Numbered from the stretch's first letter, positions 1 to 11,572 are shown. The stretch is DNA of 59,048 nt from an uncultured Desulfurococcaceae archaeon (GCA_964404265.1 CAYOJG010000001.1:59112-118159); one strand, 5' to 3'. Notes: generated by a model from the sequence alone, not told the origin. A program made the numbers and translations.

Positions 1-55
1 ACTTTGCAGGGCGAGACGTTAATACTTCACGCACCACATAGTTAATGGTGGTAAC

Positions 56-1309
56 ATGCCTTACGAAGTGAAGAATATTGGTTTAGCTGATAAAGGAAGG
101 GAACAGATTCGGTGGGCAGAAAACCATATGCCTGTGCTGATGAGGCTTCGAAGAATTTTTGAGGAGGAGAAGCCTTTCAAAGGATTGGTTATTTCTGCAG
201 TTCTCCACGTAACGAAGGAGACCGCTGTCCTTATGAAAACCCTTAAGGCGGGCGGGGCTGAGGTGTGGCTGGCTGGAAGCAATCCTATGTCTACACAAGA
301 TGATGTGGCTGCGGCTTTAGCTAGTGAAGGAGTAAATGTTTTCGCGTGGAGAGGGGAGTCCGCTGAGGAGTACTATTCATGCATAAAGGAGGTTGCTGAG
401 GCACACCCCCATATAGTTCTGGATGATGGTGCAGACCTCCACGCATTCCTCCACGGCAAAGCCCCTCAACTCGGGGAAAGTGTGTGGGGAGGCACAGAAG
501 AAACTACAACAGGGGTCATAAGGCTTAGGTCGCTTGAGAGGGAAGGTACATTGAAATACCCTGTAATAGCTGTAAACGATTCAATGACCAAGTACATGTT
601 TGATAATAGATATGGGACAGGGCAGTCCACTATTGATGGAATTCTTAGGGCAACAAACATCCTCATCGCAGGCAAGACAGTTGTTGTGGCAGGGTATGGC
701 TGGGTAGGGAAAGGAATAGCGATGAGGGCTAGAGGTATGGGGGCCAAAGTAATAGTTACTGAGGTTAACCCAATTAGGGCACTTGAAGCCCTTATGGATG
801 GCTACCAAGTGATGAAGATGGAAGATGCCGCTAGATTAGGCGACGTCTTCATCACGGCGACAGGGAATAAGAACGTGATAGATCTTCACCACATTAGAAA
901 TATGAAGGATGGGGCAATCCTAGCCAACTCAGGACATTTCAATGTCGAGATAAATGTTGAGGGCCTCGAGAAAGAGGCTGTCGACATGAAGAAAATCAGA
1001 GAGAACGTGGTTGAGTACACACTCCCTTCAGGTAAGAGAATTTATCTCTTAGCGGAAGGAAGGCTTGTTAATCTGGTTGCTGCTGAAGGACACCCCAGCG
1101 AAGTCATGGATATGAGTTTCGCTAATCAAGCACTCGCAGTGAAATATATTTCGGAGAAGCATGATGCCCTCGCCAAGAAAGTCTATGTTCTTCCCAAAGA
1201 GATAGATGAGGAGATAGCGCTCCATAAACTCCAAGCAATGGGTGTGGAGATAGATCAGCTCACAGAGGAGCAGAGGAAGTATTTGACTTCATGGCTATAC
1301 GGAACCTAG
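56..1309 (+). CDS. ahcY: S-adenosyl-L-homocysteine hydrolase
   Basis: 417-aa ORF with EETTTGV and NAD-binding GYGWVGKG motifs typical of AdoHcy hydrolase. Confidence 0.9.
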   Translation: MPYEVKNIGLADKGREQIRWAENHMPVLMRLRRIFEEEKPFKGLVISAVLHVTKETAVLMKTLKAGGAEVWLAGSNPMSTQDDVAAALASEGVNVFAWRGESAEEYYSCIKEVAEAHPHIVLDDGADLHAFLHGKAPQLGESVWGGTEETTTGVIRLRSLEREGTLKYPVIAVNDSMTKYMFDNRYGTGQSTIDGILRATNILIAGKTVVVAGYGWVGKGIAMRARGMGAKVIVTEVNPIRALEALMDGYQVMKMEDAARLGDVFITATGNKNVIDLHHIRNMKDGAILANSGHFNVEINVEGLEKEAVDMKKIRENVVEYTLPSGKRIYLLAEGRLVNLVAAEGHPSEVMDMSFANQALAVKYISEKHDALAKKVYVLPKEIDEEIALHKLQAMGVEIDQLTEEQRKYLTSWLYGT

Positions 1310-1515
1310 CTAGTCACTATGTATAGCTATGCACTGCTTCACACACTCAGCGACACATGCTGAAAATTCGTCGCCTCTCCTTGGATAGCAAAAATCTGAA
1401 CATTTTTCTTCGCATAACAGTAACCTTGATTTAACCACCATCATATTATCACCTAATATTGTTTATTGGGATATTAATTTAAGCTTACCTATTAACAGAT
1501 AATTGAGGTGCTTTA

Positions 1516-1755
1516 ATGAATAGCAGTGATGATGAGAAGAGCTCTTGGAAGGATCTTCTCGTAGGGGATCTTTCCAATATCTGGTTCGAGTACGATCAGC
1601 AGAACGACATACTCTACATAAATTTTGGGTACGACATCGAGGATGCGGACGAGTCATTCCTTACAGAGAATGATGTTGCTGTCCGAATAAAGAACGGAAG
1701 GGTCGTGTCCCTCACAGTCTTCGACTTCACTAAGAAAATAGGGCTGGAGTTCTAG
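1516..1755 (+). CDS. small conserved protein, DUF2283-like
   Basis: 79-aa ORF; the 'ILYINFGYD...VSLTVFDF' pattern resembles the DUF2283 family. GAGGTG lies upstream of the ATG. Family call is from memory only. Confidence 0.4.
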   Translation: MNSSDDEKSSWKDLLVGDLSNIWFEYDQQNDILYINFGYDIEDADESFLTENDVAVRIKNGRVVSLTVFDFTKKIGLEF

Positions 1756-1756
1756 G

Positions 1757-3466
1757 GTGAAGTCCTTGGAAAGCATCCTTAAGGAAATAAAGAAGGGAAT
1801 GACGCGAACACGCCTCCTAACCTACATCACCAATATTTCTTCCTTCCACAGGATTCAAGGAACTAAGTACTTGATAGATGCGGGAAACTACATCAAGGAC
1901 GTTTTAGAGGACTCCAACCTCTATGTGGAGGTTCTCGACTATAGTTATAGAGATCCTCATCCTTGGCTACCTCCCTTAATTGGGTGGTGGGTTCGGGACG
2001 GCGAGGTTTACCTGCTTGATAAGGAGGAAAAAATTCTTTCATCCTTCAGTCATGCATCCACAGCAATTGTAGCCCACTCACCACCTGGCTATTTCGAGGG
2101 GAGAGTTACTTACGTCGGGAGAGAGAAGGAAATTCCAGAGGGGGTGGAGGTTGTTCTTCTGGATGGTGGCGGGATCCTTAAGTATTTGGAGGCTGTCGAG
2201 AAAGGTGCTCAAGCTGTCCTCTTTTTCAGGAGGGATGCCGCAGTTAATGCTCTTCCCTATATAGGTCTTTTCCCTACACCTCAACACCTACCCAAATTGA
2301 AGGCTCCGGCCCTAACCTTATCGAGGAGGGATGCTGAAAGCATCATAAGCAGGCTGGCTGCAGGAGAGGAAGTAAAGGTTAAGGGTTTCGTTGACTCAGG
2401 ATTCACTGATCCTTCACCTATACGTGTGATCTACGCGTCCTTAAGCCCTAGAAATGATGGGGGAGGGTTAACAGTTATGACAGCACATTATTGTCATCCA
2501 GCAGGGACAATAAATGATAACGTAAGTGGGGCAGCATCACTTCTGCTTGCAGCTTCAGCATTAAGTAAGGCTTCACCAGCCTTTAGGAAAAGATTCAACA
2601 TAGCGTTTGGGTGGGTTCCTGAGCACTACGGATCGCTTCCACTAGTGAAGCGTTTAGTGAGTGAAGGATTCCAGGTGCAGGGAGCAATTAATCTGGACAT
2701 GGTTGGCGAGAAACAGTCTCTTACGGGCTCCACCCTCTACTTCGTCAGACCACCTATCCATATGCTTAGCAGTTTTGAGGCGGCAACCTACCAAATAATT
2801 TCACATGAATTAAGTCCTAAGCAAGGGTTCCATGTAAGGGGCATCCATAAAGGGAGGCTTAGATTTGATATACTGAACTATGAGTACGGAAGCGACCACG
2901 ACTCCTTCATAGCCTACGGAATTCCGTCGGTATCCTTAATCAACTGGCCAGATAAGTACTATCACAGCAGCCTCGACTTCATTGATAAGGTGGATTGGGA
3001 CGGATTAATCAAGGTTGCATATGCGTCGATGAAGGCGGCATTAATTAACTCAAGCATTCTCAGCGTCTATACTCACTATAAGCTCTTCGTTAAAGGTATG
3101 GATCTAATGCAGGTATCCCGGGATGGGATGCTAGTGGAGTTAAGGAGAATTCTCTACGAGGAAGGTCTGGAAACTTTTCTGAGACCTCCCAAGGAAATAG
3201 TTTCTAAGGGTAGAGGTATTGTAACGGTGGGAGGACTAAGTAGGTCCGCCCAGAGCGGGCCATGCTTAGATCTGGTGAAGTTGGGAAGGTCTATGGGATG
3301 GCTTTCTACAGCCTTAATACTTACTGTGAAGCTTGCCTCCGCAGGTATCGGGAAGGAGGGGTTGAAGAGGGCTGTTGAGGCGGAGCTAGGTCTTAACGTT
3401 GAGGAGGATGTGTTCGCGAAAATTATCCAGTGTCTTGCGGAGAAAGGCGTTCTCGGTGAGTTATAG
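1757..3466 (+). CDS. M28-family metallopeptidase-like protein
   Basis: 569-aa ORF with a GTG start right after the upstream stop. M28-like motifs: HYCHPAGTINDNVSGAA, NLDMVG, GSDHDSFIAYGIPS. Confidence 0.6.
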   Translation: MKSLESILKEIKKGMTRTRLLTYITNISSFHRIQGTKYLIDAGNYIKDVLEDSNLYVEVLDYSYRDPHPWLPPLIGWWVRDGEVYLLDKEEKILSSFSHASTAIVAHSPPGYFEGRVTYVGREKEIPEGVEVVLLDGGGILKYLEAVEKGAQAVLFFRRDAAVNALPYIGLFPTPQHLPKLKAPALTLSRRDAESIISRLAAGEEVKVKGFVDSGFTDPSPIRVIYASLSPRNDGGGLTVMTAHYCHPAGTINDNVSGAASLLLAASALSKASPAFRKRFNIAFGWVPEHYGSLPLVKRLVSEGFQVQGAINLDMVGEKQSLTGSTLYFVRPPIHMLSSFEAATYQIISHELSPKQGFHVRGIHKGRLRFDILNYEYGSDHDSFIAYGIPSVSLINWPDKYYHSSLDFIDKVDWDGLIKVAYASMKAALINSSILSVYTHYKLFVKGMDLMQVSRDGMLVELRRILYEEGLETFLRPPKEIVSKGRGIVTVGGLSRSAQSGPCLDLVKLGRSMGWLSTALILTVKLASAGIGKEGLKRAVEAELGLNVEEDVFAKIIQCLAEKGVLGEL

Positions 3467-3467
3467 C

Positions 3468-4019
3468 ATGCTTCTTGTATTTTATGGTAAGGGGAAGGGT
3501 AAGACTACGGCAGCATTAGGGACAGCAATGAGGGCTCTTGGTAGGGGATGGAATGTTCTAATGGTTCAGTTCATGAAGAAAGGCGGTTATGGAGAGTTAG
3601 AGTTCTTTAACTCCTTAAGTGCTGAGGAATCCCCCTTCAAGAATAGGGTGAGGTGGTATATGCTGGGGACTGAGGAATTCGTTTCTCCCGGAAACCTAGG
3701 GGATGAGGTGGCCTCCATAAATATGGCTTTAGCGTACGGGTTCCTGCTCAATATTTTCCCGAAGCTTCTAAGAGAGTTCAATCCTCAATTGACGATTATG
3801 GATGAATTAGGTATAGCGATACATATGGGGATAGTGGATGAGAACCTAGGTCTTAGGGTGGCTAAGGTTTTTGCTGAGAATCGGGATAGGCATGGAATAA
3901 TCACTGGGAGGTATGTACCTTCACCGATTAAGGAGGTTGCGGATCTAGTGACTGAAGTTAGGGAAGTAAAACACTACTTCAGGAAGGGGTATGTTTCGTT
4001 AAAAGGTTTGGATCTGTGA
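3468..4019 (+). CDS. cobO: cob(I)alamin / cob(I)yrinic acid a,c-diamide adenosyltransferase (CobA/CobO/BtuR family)
   Basis: P-loop FYGKGKGKTTAALG followed by MVQFMKKG. ATG at 3468 chosen, 1 nt after the upstream stop, instead of the ORF-track start at 3399. Confidence 0.7.
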   Translation: MLLVFYGKGKGKTTAALGTAMRALGRGWNVLMVQFMKKGGYGELEFFNSLSAEESPFKNRVRWYMLGTEEFVSPGNLGDEVASINMALAYGFLLNIFPKLLREFNPQLTIMDELGIAIHMGIVDENLGLRVAKVFAENRDRHGIITGRYVPSPIKEVADLVTEVREVKHYFRKGYVSLKGLDL

Positions 4020-4021
4020 CC

Positions 4022-6100
4022 TTACTGAAAGCCTAGGTATGAAAGCAGGTTGTATTGTATTATTACCTGCACGAACACTAGCGATACTACGCTCATCAGC
4101 TTTATGAGTATATTGAGTGAAGGTCCTGACGCATCCTTGAGCGGGTCACCTACAGTGTCCCCAATTACTGTGGCTTTATGTGCCTCACTGCCTTTACCGC
4201 CGTAGTTTCCTTCCTCAACATATTTCTTTGCATTATCCCATGTGTTACCTACGTTACCTTGAAATAGGCCGAGCAGCAGCCCCGTGATTGTCGCTGCGAG
4301 AAGTGTTCCTGCTAGGGCGTAGGGTCCTAGGACAAACCCTACTACTAGAGGTGCAACTATCGCTAGGAGACCGGGCTTCACCAGCCTTTTAAGTGCGTAG
4401 GAAGTAACTATTGAAACCGCCCTCCCATAGTCAGGCTTCTCCTTAAACTCAAGAATCCCGGGCTTCTCCCTGAACTGCCTCTTGATCTCCTCAATCAGTA
4501 CGAAAGCGGCGTCACTGACCGCGAGAATAACTATGGTGGTGAAGAGCGCTGGAAGTGCTATACCAACTAAAGCTCCCGTGATTACGTTGGCGTTCAGTAT
4601 GCTCATTCTCGCCATGATCTCTTCGAGACTTATGTTAGTTGCGTCAAGTATGGTGCTTGAGTAGGCCCCTATGAATGCTAGGGCCGTTAGTGCTGCCGAC
4701 CCTATCGCGAATCCTTTGGATACTGACTTCATGGTGTTTCCTGCGGAATCCAGCTTATCTGTTATGGCCCTCACACTTTCTCCTAGGCCGGCCTGTTCAG
4801 CTATTCCAGCAGCGTTATCCGTTATGGGCCCGTAAGCATCAGCGCTGACTACTATACCTGCCAAGGAAAGCATTCCTACGGCGGCAAGCGCTACACCGTA
4901 TATACCGAACCAGAACCCGTAGGGGGCGAGAATGAAGTAAGCTATTAATTCAGCGGTAGCTATGCCTATCGCAGGGACGGCAACACTCTCAAAGCCGTAC
5001 GCCATTCCTGTAAGGATTGTTAAGGGTGGACCCTGCTGAGACATGAAAGCAACTTTTCTAACCGGTGGCTTGCTAGGATTAGTGAAGTAGTCGCTCGTCA
5101 GCCCCACAATTATCCCTGCAATTATTCCAGCTATAACTACGGAGAACGCCTTGAGCCCTGCTTCAGCCCCCAGAAGCATGTAGCTCAGTGGGAAAGTGAA
5201 TGCAGCAACTAGCACCCCCGCAATTACTGTCGAAATAGAGAGAGGTTTTGATGGATCGCCACCCTCCTTCACCCTAACGAAGAATGATGTTATTATTGAA
5301 GCGAAAATCCCTGCTGACGCTACAGCTAGTGGAAGTAATGCCCAATTAATCCATGCATCTCCTATGGAAGCTATCAGTGCGGTGGCAGCTATAACCATAG
5401 TGGAGATTATTGAACCTACGTAGGACTCGAAAAGGTCGGCACCCATTCCCGCAACATCTCCGACATTATCACCGACATTGTCGGCAATTACTCCCGGATT
5501 CCTTGGGTCATCCTCAGGAATGCCTTCCTCAACTTTTCCCACGAGGTCAGCCCCAATATCGGCGGCTTTAGTGTATATTCCTCCACCAACCCTAGCGAAA
5601 AGCGCCACTGTGGATGCGCCGAAGCTGTAGCCTATAATGGTTTTAACGGCATCAGATGTTCCTCCATATCCCAGATACTGTAGGCCTATGAGGAGAGTAC
5701 CTACCCCTACAACCATCAGGCCTAGAACCATTCCCCCGTTGAAGGCCACCCGAAGTGCTTTAGAGATTCCGTACTCCTTAGCTGCGTAGGTAGTCCTCAC
5801 ATTAGCGTTTACTGCTATCCACATCCCCACATACCCAGCTATCACGGACGATAGGGCCCCTAAGATGTAGCTGAGTGACATTAAGGGGCTGATGAAGAAA
5901 AGTACCGCCATAATTATTACTGCTATTGTCAATATGACGCTGTACTGCTTCTTCAAGTAGGCCTTGGCGCCCTCCTTTATGTAGTTATGTATCTCGACTA
6001 TCTTTCCAGAGCCTTGAGGCTGCTTCATTACGAACCAAGCTAGAATAAGTGCATAGATAACGGCTAGGGCCCCTGCCGCGATAGTAATAAGTATTAACAT
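4022..6100 (-). CDS. hppA: membrane-bound proton-translocating pyrophosphatase
   Basis: 692-aa polytopic ORF with signatures GGIYTKAADIGADLVGKVE and DNVGDNVGD. Confidence 0.9.
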   Translation of the reverse strand: MLILITIAAGALAVIYALILAWFVMKQPQGSGKIVEIHNYIKEGAKAYLKKQYSVILTIAVIIMAVLFFISPLMSLSYILGALSSVIAGYVGMWIAVNANVRTTYAAKEYGISKALRVAFNGGMVLGLMVVGVGTLLIGLQYLGYGGTSDAVKTIIGYSFGASTVALFARVGGGIYTKAADIGADLVGKVEEGIPEDDPRNPGVIADNVGDNVGDVAGMGADLFESYVGSIISTMVIAATALIASIGDAWINWALLPLAVASAGIFASIITSFFVRVKEGGDPSKPLSISTVIAGVLVAAFTFPLSYMLLGAEAGLKAFSVVIAGIIAGIIVGLTSDYFTNPSKPPVRKVAFMSQQGPPLTILTGMAYGFESVAVPAIGIATAELIAYFILAPYGFWFGIYGVALAAVGMLSLAGIVVSADAYGPITDNAAGIAEQAGLGESVRAITDKLDSAGNTMKSVSKGFAIGSAALTALAFIGAYSSTILDATNISLEEIMARMSILNANVITGALVGIALPALFTTIVILAVSDAAFVLIEEIKRQFREKPGILEFKEKPDYGRAVSIVTSYALKRLVKPGLLAIVAPLVVGFVLGPYALAGTLLAATITGLLLGLFQGNVGNTWDNAKKYVEEGNYGGKGSEAHKATVIGDTVGDPLKDASGPSLNILIKLMSVVSLVFVQVIIQYNLLSYLGFQ

Positions 6101-6273
6101 GGCATTAGCACCTTAATTTCTCGTGCATGCGCCTATTTTAAGTCTATCTCTTAAATGAGGTAGATTAATGGAGGGACGGAAAGAATATATTTTTAGTTTA
6201 GTGGTTTATGTGAAGCATAAATGTGCTGAGGAGTAATGATGGAAACTCTTGCTGGATTTAAGGGTGGTATCAA

Positions 6274-7269
6274 GTGGGTCAAAGCTTAAGCACAACTATA
6301 TATTCTGGATGGGGATGGGATGAGTGTGTCGCTACGGCGGTGCTGGCAACAGCCCTCCTAAGGAAAGGATATAAAGTATACATTGAGTTTCCTTCACCTT
6401 CAGAGAGGCGAGGCTTATTCATAACTAAATCGTATGCCGTGGGGTTCTCCCATAGAGAGGGATCAATACTGAATGACGCCATAGCGATCCAGTACCTTCC
6501 CGATAAGAGGCTTGGGGTTATACTGAAGTATGACTCCACAGGGAAAGGAGAGGTAATTATGAGGTTTTCTAACGTAAGTTCATTAACTATGACGCTCATG
6601 GAATATGTTCAAACCCTGAACGAGAACGTTACTGTCCCGGAGCAGCTTCTCAGAGATATCGAGAACATTAACTCAGGAGACCTTGACAAACTCTCGAAGG
6701 TAGGGAAACTCATGGTGCAGGCTTTGAAAATTAATTACTCATCGAAAGAATTCAGGCAGGTAATGTACTCATTCGCTATGGAAGCTATAAGAACAAGAAC
6801 TGTTAGGGCGACAGAGGATCTCGCTAAGGAGGCTCAGAAATATGACGAAGCTATGGAGATAGGGAACAAGATTCTGGAGGAGAAGCAGTATATCCCTTAC
6901 GGAGACCTTAAGGTTTTGATTATTTCATCGAAATGTAAGAAGCCTGTAATCAGGGAGAACTACTCTCTCCTCAGGCCTGTGGCCTACGACCTTCTCCTCA
7001 AGGTATGTAGGGAGGACGGTGTCGGGATTCTTGTTCAGGAGACAGAATTAGGGCACACTATAAGAATATGTTTAAGGAGGAGGGATGTCAGCTTCGTGAA
7101 CGTCATAGCTTCGATACCTAAGGACCTCAGCGATCTGCTCAACGTTTCTCTAAGAGGGAACCACATAATTATTAAGTACAGGAACCCGGCCGAAAGCACG
7201 CTTGATAATGTCCTTCAGCTAGTTGACACGATAGCCCACACCATATCGGAGCAGTTGAAGCGTAAGTGA
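6274..7269 (+). CDS. hypothetical protein (possible degenerate DHH/DHHA1-like fold)
   Basis: 331-aa ORF with a GTG start and no catalytic motif recognised. The N-terminal strand-loop-helix pattern and length loosely recall inactive RecJ/Cdc45-like proteins. Confidence 0.5.
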   Translation: MGQSLSTTIYSGWGWDECVATAVLATALLRKGYKVYIEFPSPSERRGLFITKSYAVGFSHREGSILNDAIAIQYLPDKRLGVILKYDSTGKGEVIMRFSNVSSLTMTLMEYVQTLNENVTVPEQLLRDIENINSGDLDKLSKVGKLMVQALKINYSSKEFRQVMYSFAMEAIRTRTVRATEDLAKEAQKYDEAMEIGNKILEEKQYIPYGDLKVLIISSKCKKPVIRENYSLLRPVAYDLLLKVCREDGVGILVQETELGHTIRICLRRRDVSFVNVIASIPKDLSDLLNVSLRGNHIIIKYRNPAESTLDNVLQLVDTIAHTISEQLKRK

Positions 7270-7281
7270 AGGTGTTAAAGA

Positions 7282-8250
7282 ATGGTTAAGGCTGTCGTGA
7301 CGGGTGGTGCAGGATTCATAGGTTCTAATCTAGTTGAGTATCTTCTAAGGGAGGACGTCGATGAGGTAGTGGTGATAGATAATCTTTCGTCAGGGAGGAG
7401 GGAGTTTCTGTCCCACATTAAGGATGGCAGACTGAGGCTTATAGTAAGCGATCTGAAGAAGCCTGACCCAACATGGGTTGAGGAGTTCAGGAGTGCGGAC
7501 ATTGTTTACCACTTTGCGGCCAATCCTGAGGTAAGGACCTCGGTGACGGATCCGGAGATTCATTTTCAAGAGAATGTGGTCGCGTCATTCAATGTTCTGG
7601 AAGCCTGTAGAAAGGGCGGAGTGAAGGAATTAGTTTTCGCAAGTTCCTCCACAGTTTACGGAGATGCTGTCAAGTTCCCTACACCGGAAGATTACCATCC
7701 GCTAGTCCCTATATCTATATATGGAGCTGCTAAGCTCGCTGTCGAGAACCTTATAACAACATACAGTGTTCTCTACGGAATTAAGGGAGCTATACTGCGG
7801 TTCGCTAATATAGTTGGCCCGCGGCAGAGTCACGGAGTTATTGTTGATTTCATTAGGAAGTTGAGGGAGAACCCTCATCGACTGGAGATTTTAGGTGACG
7901 GTACTCAGAAGAAGTCCTACCTCCATGTTTCCGACCTGCTTAAAGGCATGAGCTATATTTTAGATTATCTTAGGAGGTCTGATGAGCCTTTCCAGATCTT
8001 CAACTTGGGTAATAAGGACTGGGTTAATGTGGTTGAGATAGCTGACCTAGTTACTGAGGAGATGGGCTTAAGCAACGTCGAATATGTTTTCAAGCCGGCC
8101 ACCCCGGACGGGAGAGGGTGGAAAGGGGACGTTAAGTTCATGCTTCTGGACATCAGCAGGATTGAGTCTTTGGGATGGACCCCTCGCCTCTCCTCAAAGG
8201 AGGCTTTGAGGGAGGCCGTCAGGTGGTTACTGGGTGCTTCCCATGATTAA
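7282..8250 (+). CDS. NAD-dependent epimerase/dehydratase (UDP-glucose 4-epimerase-like)
   Basis: TGGAGFIGS Rossmann motif and YGAAK (YxxxK) catalytic motif; 322 aa. Confidence 0.8.
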   Translation: MVKAVVTGGAGFIGSNLVEYLLREDVDEVVVIDNLSSGRREFLSHIKDGRLRLIVSDLKKPDPTWVEEFRSADIVYHFAANPEVRTSVTDPEIHFQENVVASFNVLEACRKGGVKELVFASSSTVYGDAVKFPTPEDYHPLVPISIYGAAKLAVENLITTYSVLYGIKGAILRFANIVGPRQSHGVIVDFIRKLRENPHRLEILGDGTQKKSYLHVSDLLKGMSYILDYLRRSDEPFQIFNLGNKDWVNVVEIADLVTEEMGLSNVEYVFKPATPDGRGWKGDVKFMLLDISRIESLGWTPRLSSKEALREAVRWLLGASHD

Positions 8251-9286
8251 GGCATTATTCAGCCCTTACTTCCTTAAGCATAGGGATAAGGAAGGCGCAC
8301 ATCCTGAATCCCCGGACCGGCTGAAAATAATCAGGAATGTAGTTGAGTCGAGGAGATTCAGTGGAGAGGTTGAGGTTGTTGAGTTCGAGGAGATTTTTCG
8401 CGAGAAGTCTCTAAAGGTTCATGACCCTGACTACATTAACTACATAAAGAGGGAGTCGGAGAAAGGGTTCCATTACATAGATCCTGATACTTACGTCTGT
8501 GAAGACACTTTCAAGGCAGGGATAACTGCTTTAAGCGTTTCTTATGAGGCTTCAGAGATCTCTTTGAGGGAAGGTATACCGGTATTTGTTTTTCCTAGAC
8601 CTCCTGGACATCATGCAGGGAGGAAAGGGGCAGCCCTTAACGCCCCGACAAACGGGTTCTGCATATTCAATAATGCTGCTGCAGCTACTTTGGCTTTCAG
8701 GGAGAGGGGGATGCGAGTTGCTGTGATTGATTTCGATGCCCACCACGGTAATGGCACTCAGGAGATATTCTGGACTGATCCGCAGGTTCTCCACATAGAT
8801 ATCCATGAGTACGGAATTTATCCAGGCACGGGCTGGATTAGAGAGGCCGGTGGTGGTGCTGCTAAAGGAACTAAGTTGAACGTACCCCTTCCTAAGGGAG
8901 CGACCCAAGAGAATTATAGATGGATCTTCTGCGGAATGATCCCTAAGGTTCTGGAGGTGTTTAAACCGGAAGCCCTCGTTGTTTCAGCAGGTTTCGACCC
9001 GCACGTCCTCGACTCGATGTCGACCCTAAGAGTGAGTAATGAAGGTTTTAGAGATTTCGGAATATTCATTTCACATCTGATTTCTTCTTTCGGAATTAAG
9101 GCATTCGTTAACGTTCTTGAAGGAGGTTACGGCTACGCTCTGAAGGAGGGCTTACTCAACTATCTTGACGGCCTATTCAGTCATTACGGTGTTAGAATAG
9201 AGTGCGGTGACGTTAAGCCTTCACTACCCTCCACCTGGGTGAAGGATCTGGAAGGAATTTTAAACGAGTTTTGGGGGATTCAGTAG
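8243..9286 (+). CDS. histone deacetylase-family protein (AcuC / acetylpolyamine amidohydrolase-like)
   Basis: PPGHHAG and DFDAHHGNGTQ motifs. The ATG at 8243 overlaps the upstream stop (ATGATTAA). Confidence 0.8.
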   Translation: MIKALFSPYFLKHRDKEGAHPESPDRLKIIRNVVESRRFSGEVEVVEFEEIFREKSLKVHDPDYINYIKRESEKGFHYIDPDTYVCEDTFKAGITALSVSYEASEISLREGIPVFVFPRPPGHHAGRKGAALNAPTNGFCIFNNAAAATLAFRERGMRVAVIDFDAHHGNGTQEIFWTDPQVLHIDIHEYGIYPGTGWIREAGGGAAKGTKLNVPLPKGATQENYRWIFCGMIPKVLEVFKPEALVVSAGFDPHVLDSMSTLRVSNEGFRDFGIFISHLISSFGIKAFVNVLEGGYGYALKEGLLNYLDGLFSHYGVRIECGDVKPSLPSTWVKDLEGILNEFWGIQ

Positions 9287-9305
9287 AGGTTTACTCGCCG
9301 AAAAA

Positions 9306-11522
9306 TTAAAACGGGGAGATGAAGTCCTGCGCCTTAGGAGGCTCTGGCTTCAGCCCCTTCCTCTGCCTTATCTTCTTGATTAGCTCAGGAAGCAGCGAGT
9401 CTGGTACAGGGGCCCAGCGGCTGAATTCAGTTCCCCAGAACGCCTTGCCTGCCGTAGCTGACCTTAGCTCGTTAGCGAGATTCATTGATTCCGCAACAGG
9501 TATTTCCGCAAGTATTCTCACCTGCGACGTACCCTGCTGAATCACATCCAGGACCTTCCCTCTCTTCCTTGTGATGACCGAGATTACGGAACTCATAGTC
9601 TCCATCGGGCACCTTATGTCAAGCTTCTGCAGAGGCTCGAGCAGTGTAGGCCTATCGCTCAGCATCCCTCCATAGATCGGGTTCCTTACTGCGGGATATA
9701 TCTGGGCGGGGCCTCTATGGGCTGGGTCCTCGTGAACTACGGCATCATGTAGAACTACCTTAACTCCCCTAACAGGCTCCATAGCCAACGGCCCTTCAGC
9801 CATAGCTAGCCTGAAGCCCTGAATTATAGTGTCCTTTATTTCTCTAAGGTGCTGGACACCGACAGTCTTATCCACTATTATGTTAAAGTTCTCGTCTATT
9901 GCCCAGATCTTCCTTGCTTCGTCATAGTTCCAGCCTGCCTTATCCCTCAGTATCTTGGCTCTTTCCCTAGAATCCATGTCTTCAACCACAATCCCTTGCT
10001 GAATCAGCTGAATCGTCTCATCGTTCAGGGGCTCCACACTTATGTAGAGCTTATTATGCTTGTTCGGTGACTTACCCTCGAGAACAGGGGATGACGATCT
10101 TATCGTCTCCCTATAAACAACTATTGGGGGTGATGTCTCGACCTCAAGGCCGTAGTTCTCCTTAAGCATCGTGAGAACGATCTCTAGGTGAAGCGGCCCC
10201 ATACCCGATATCAGGTATTCTCCTGTTTCCTCATTAATCTTCACTACGAGGTTGGGGTCCTCAATCGAGAGCTTCCTCAAAGCATCAATCAGTTTCGTTA
10301 AGTCCTGCATTCGCTTCGGCTCGACGGCCATAGTAACTACCGGCTCAGAGACGTAGTGCAGCTTCTCGAAAGGTGCGGCGACATCCTTGTACTTCACCGA
10401 AACTGCGGTCTCGCCTGACCTAGCCTTATCTAGACCGAGGACGGCACCTATGTTCCCCGCCGTCACGTACTCAACCTGCTCTCTGTAGGGGCCCATGTAT
10501 AGGCCTACCTGAAGCGCTTTCTGACTTGTTCTAGCCATAACGAGCCACAGCTCTTCCCCAGCCTTCAGCGTTCCTGAGAATATCCTTCCTGTAGCGACCA
10601 TACCTGCATGCGGATCAATCCTCATGTCATTGATGAGGAATACTGTAGGGCCGTTGGGGTCAGCGTTAATCATTGCTTTACCTAGTTCAGAATCTATGTC
10701 ACCTTTCCATATCTTGGGCACTCTATACCTCTGAGCCACCTTGGGGTTGGGAACGTGGTTAACAACCATCTCCAGAAGCGGCTCATGAAGAGGTATAAGT
10801 TTCTGGAGTTCCTGAACAGCCTCCTTACCTTTCGCATATGCATTCATCATATCCATTATTTTGATCCCTTTCTTGTTGGCGTATGGGACTGTCAGTCCTA
10901 TCTTGTCCCTAGCCGATCCGAAGGCTACCTGTCCCTTGCCTGCGTCGAGAAGCCATTTCTCCTTGAATTCAGGGTCTGCGTACTCCATAATCATGTTGTT
11001 TACTTGTTTGATTATCTCAACGAATCTCTTCATTATCTCGTCCGGCGTGAGCTTAAGTTCCTTGATAAGCCTGTCGACCTTATTTATGTAGAGAAGGGGC
11101 CTCACACGTTCCTCAAGCGCTTGGCGGAGAACTGTCTCGGTCTGCGTCATAACTCCCTCAACAGCATCAACAACCACTATCGCGCCGTCCAGAACCCTTA
11201 GAGACCTAGTGACCTTACCTGAGAAGTCCACGTGTCCAGGCGTGTCGATCAGGTTGATAACGTATCCCTTACCGCCCGATTCGTGATAGAGGCTTATGTT
11301 GGCTGACTTTACAGTTACTCCCCTCTTCTGCTCCACATCGAGATAATCGAGTGCTAGGGCCTCTCCAGCAACCTTAGCCGATATTATTCCTGCGGCCGCA
11401 AGCAGAGTGTCTGAGGTTGTTGTCTTTCCATGGTCAACGTGCGCAATTATACCTATGTTTCTCACGTGTTCAAGGTCAGACATTATTTTCTGGATCTGCT
11501 CAACTGTCTTATATCGAGGCAT
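9306..11522 (-). CDS. fusA: translation elongation factor 2 (aEF-2)
   Basis: 738 aa. GTPase motifs [17 protein letters not shown] and NKVDR; diphthamide-loop-like [11 protein letters not shown]. Confidence 0.95.
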   Translation of the reverse strand: MPRYKTVEQIQKIMSDLEHVRNIGIIAHVDHGKTTTSDTLLAAAGIISAKVAGEALALDYLDVEQKRGVTVKSANISLYHESGGKGYVINLIDTPGHVDFSGKVTRSLRVLDGAIVVVDAVEGVMTQTETVLRQALEERVRPLLYINKVDRLIKELKLTPDEIMKRFVEIIKQVNNMIMEYADPEFKEKWLLDAGKGQVAFGSARDKIGLTVPYANKKGIKIMDMMNAYAKGKEAVQELQKLIPLHEPLLEMVVNHVPNPKVAQRYRVPKIWKGDIDSELGKAMINADPNGPTVFLINDMRIDPHAGMVATGRIFSGTLKAGEELWLVMARTSQKALQVGLYMGPYREQVEYVTAGNIGAVLGLDKARSGETAVSVKYKDVAAPFEKLHYVSEPVVTMAVEPKRMQDLTKLIDALRKLSIEDPNLVVKINEETGEYLISGMGPLHLEIVLTMLKENYGLEVETSPPIVVYRETIRSSSPVLEGKSPNKHNKLYISVEPLNDETIQLIQQGIVVEDMDSRERAKILRDKAGWNYDEARKIWAIDENFNIIVDKTVGVQHLREIKDTIIQGFRLAMAEGPLAMEPVRGVKVVLHDAVVHEDPAHRGPAQIYPAVRNPIYGGMLSDRPTLLEPLQKLDIRCPMETMSSVISVITRKRGKVLDVIQQGTSQVRILAEIPVAESMNLANELRSATAGKAFWGTEFSRWAPVPDSLLPELIKKIRQRKGLKPEPPKAQDFISPF

Positions 11523-11572
11523 CTTCGTTAACCAGTGTGTTAGAGTTAAGAAGAATTAAAAGCTTACGTTAC

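Noticed and set aside
3399-3467. A 23-codon N-terminal extension of the adenosyltransferase ORF, overlapping the upstream peptidase gene.
   Set aside because: The conserved P-loop begins 4 residues after the ATG at 3468. That ATG lies 1 nt after the upstream stop, and the extension is basic junk in the neighbour's coding region.
8552-11201. Long antisense ORFs inside well-supported genes, for example 8552-8908 (minus), 10755-11201 (plus) and similarly 26466-27029 (minus).
   Set aside because: They lie entirely within motif-rich genes on the opposite strand (deacetylase, EF-2, CitG-like). They show no motifs and have odd composition. They are shadow ORFs.
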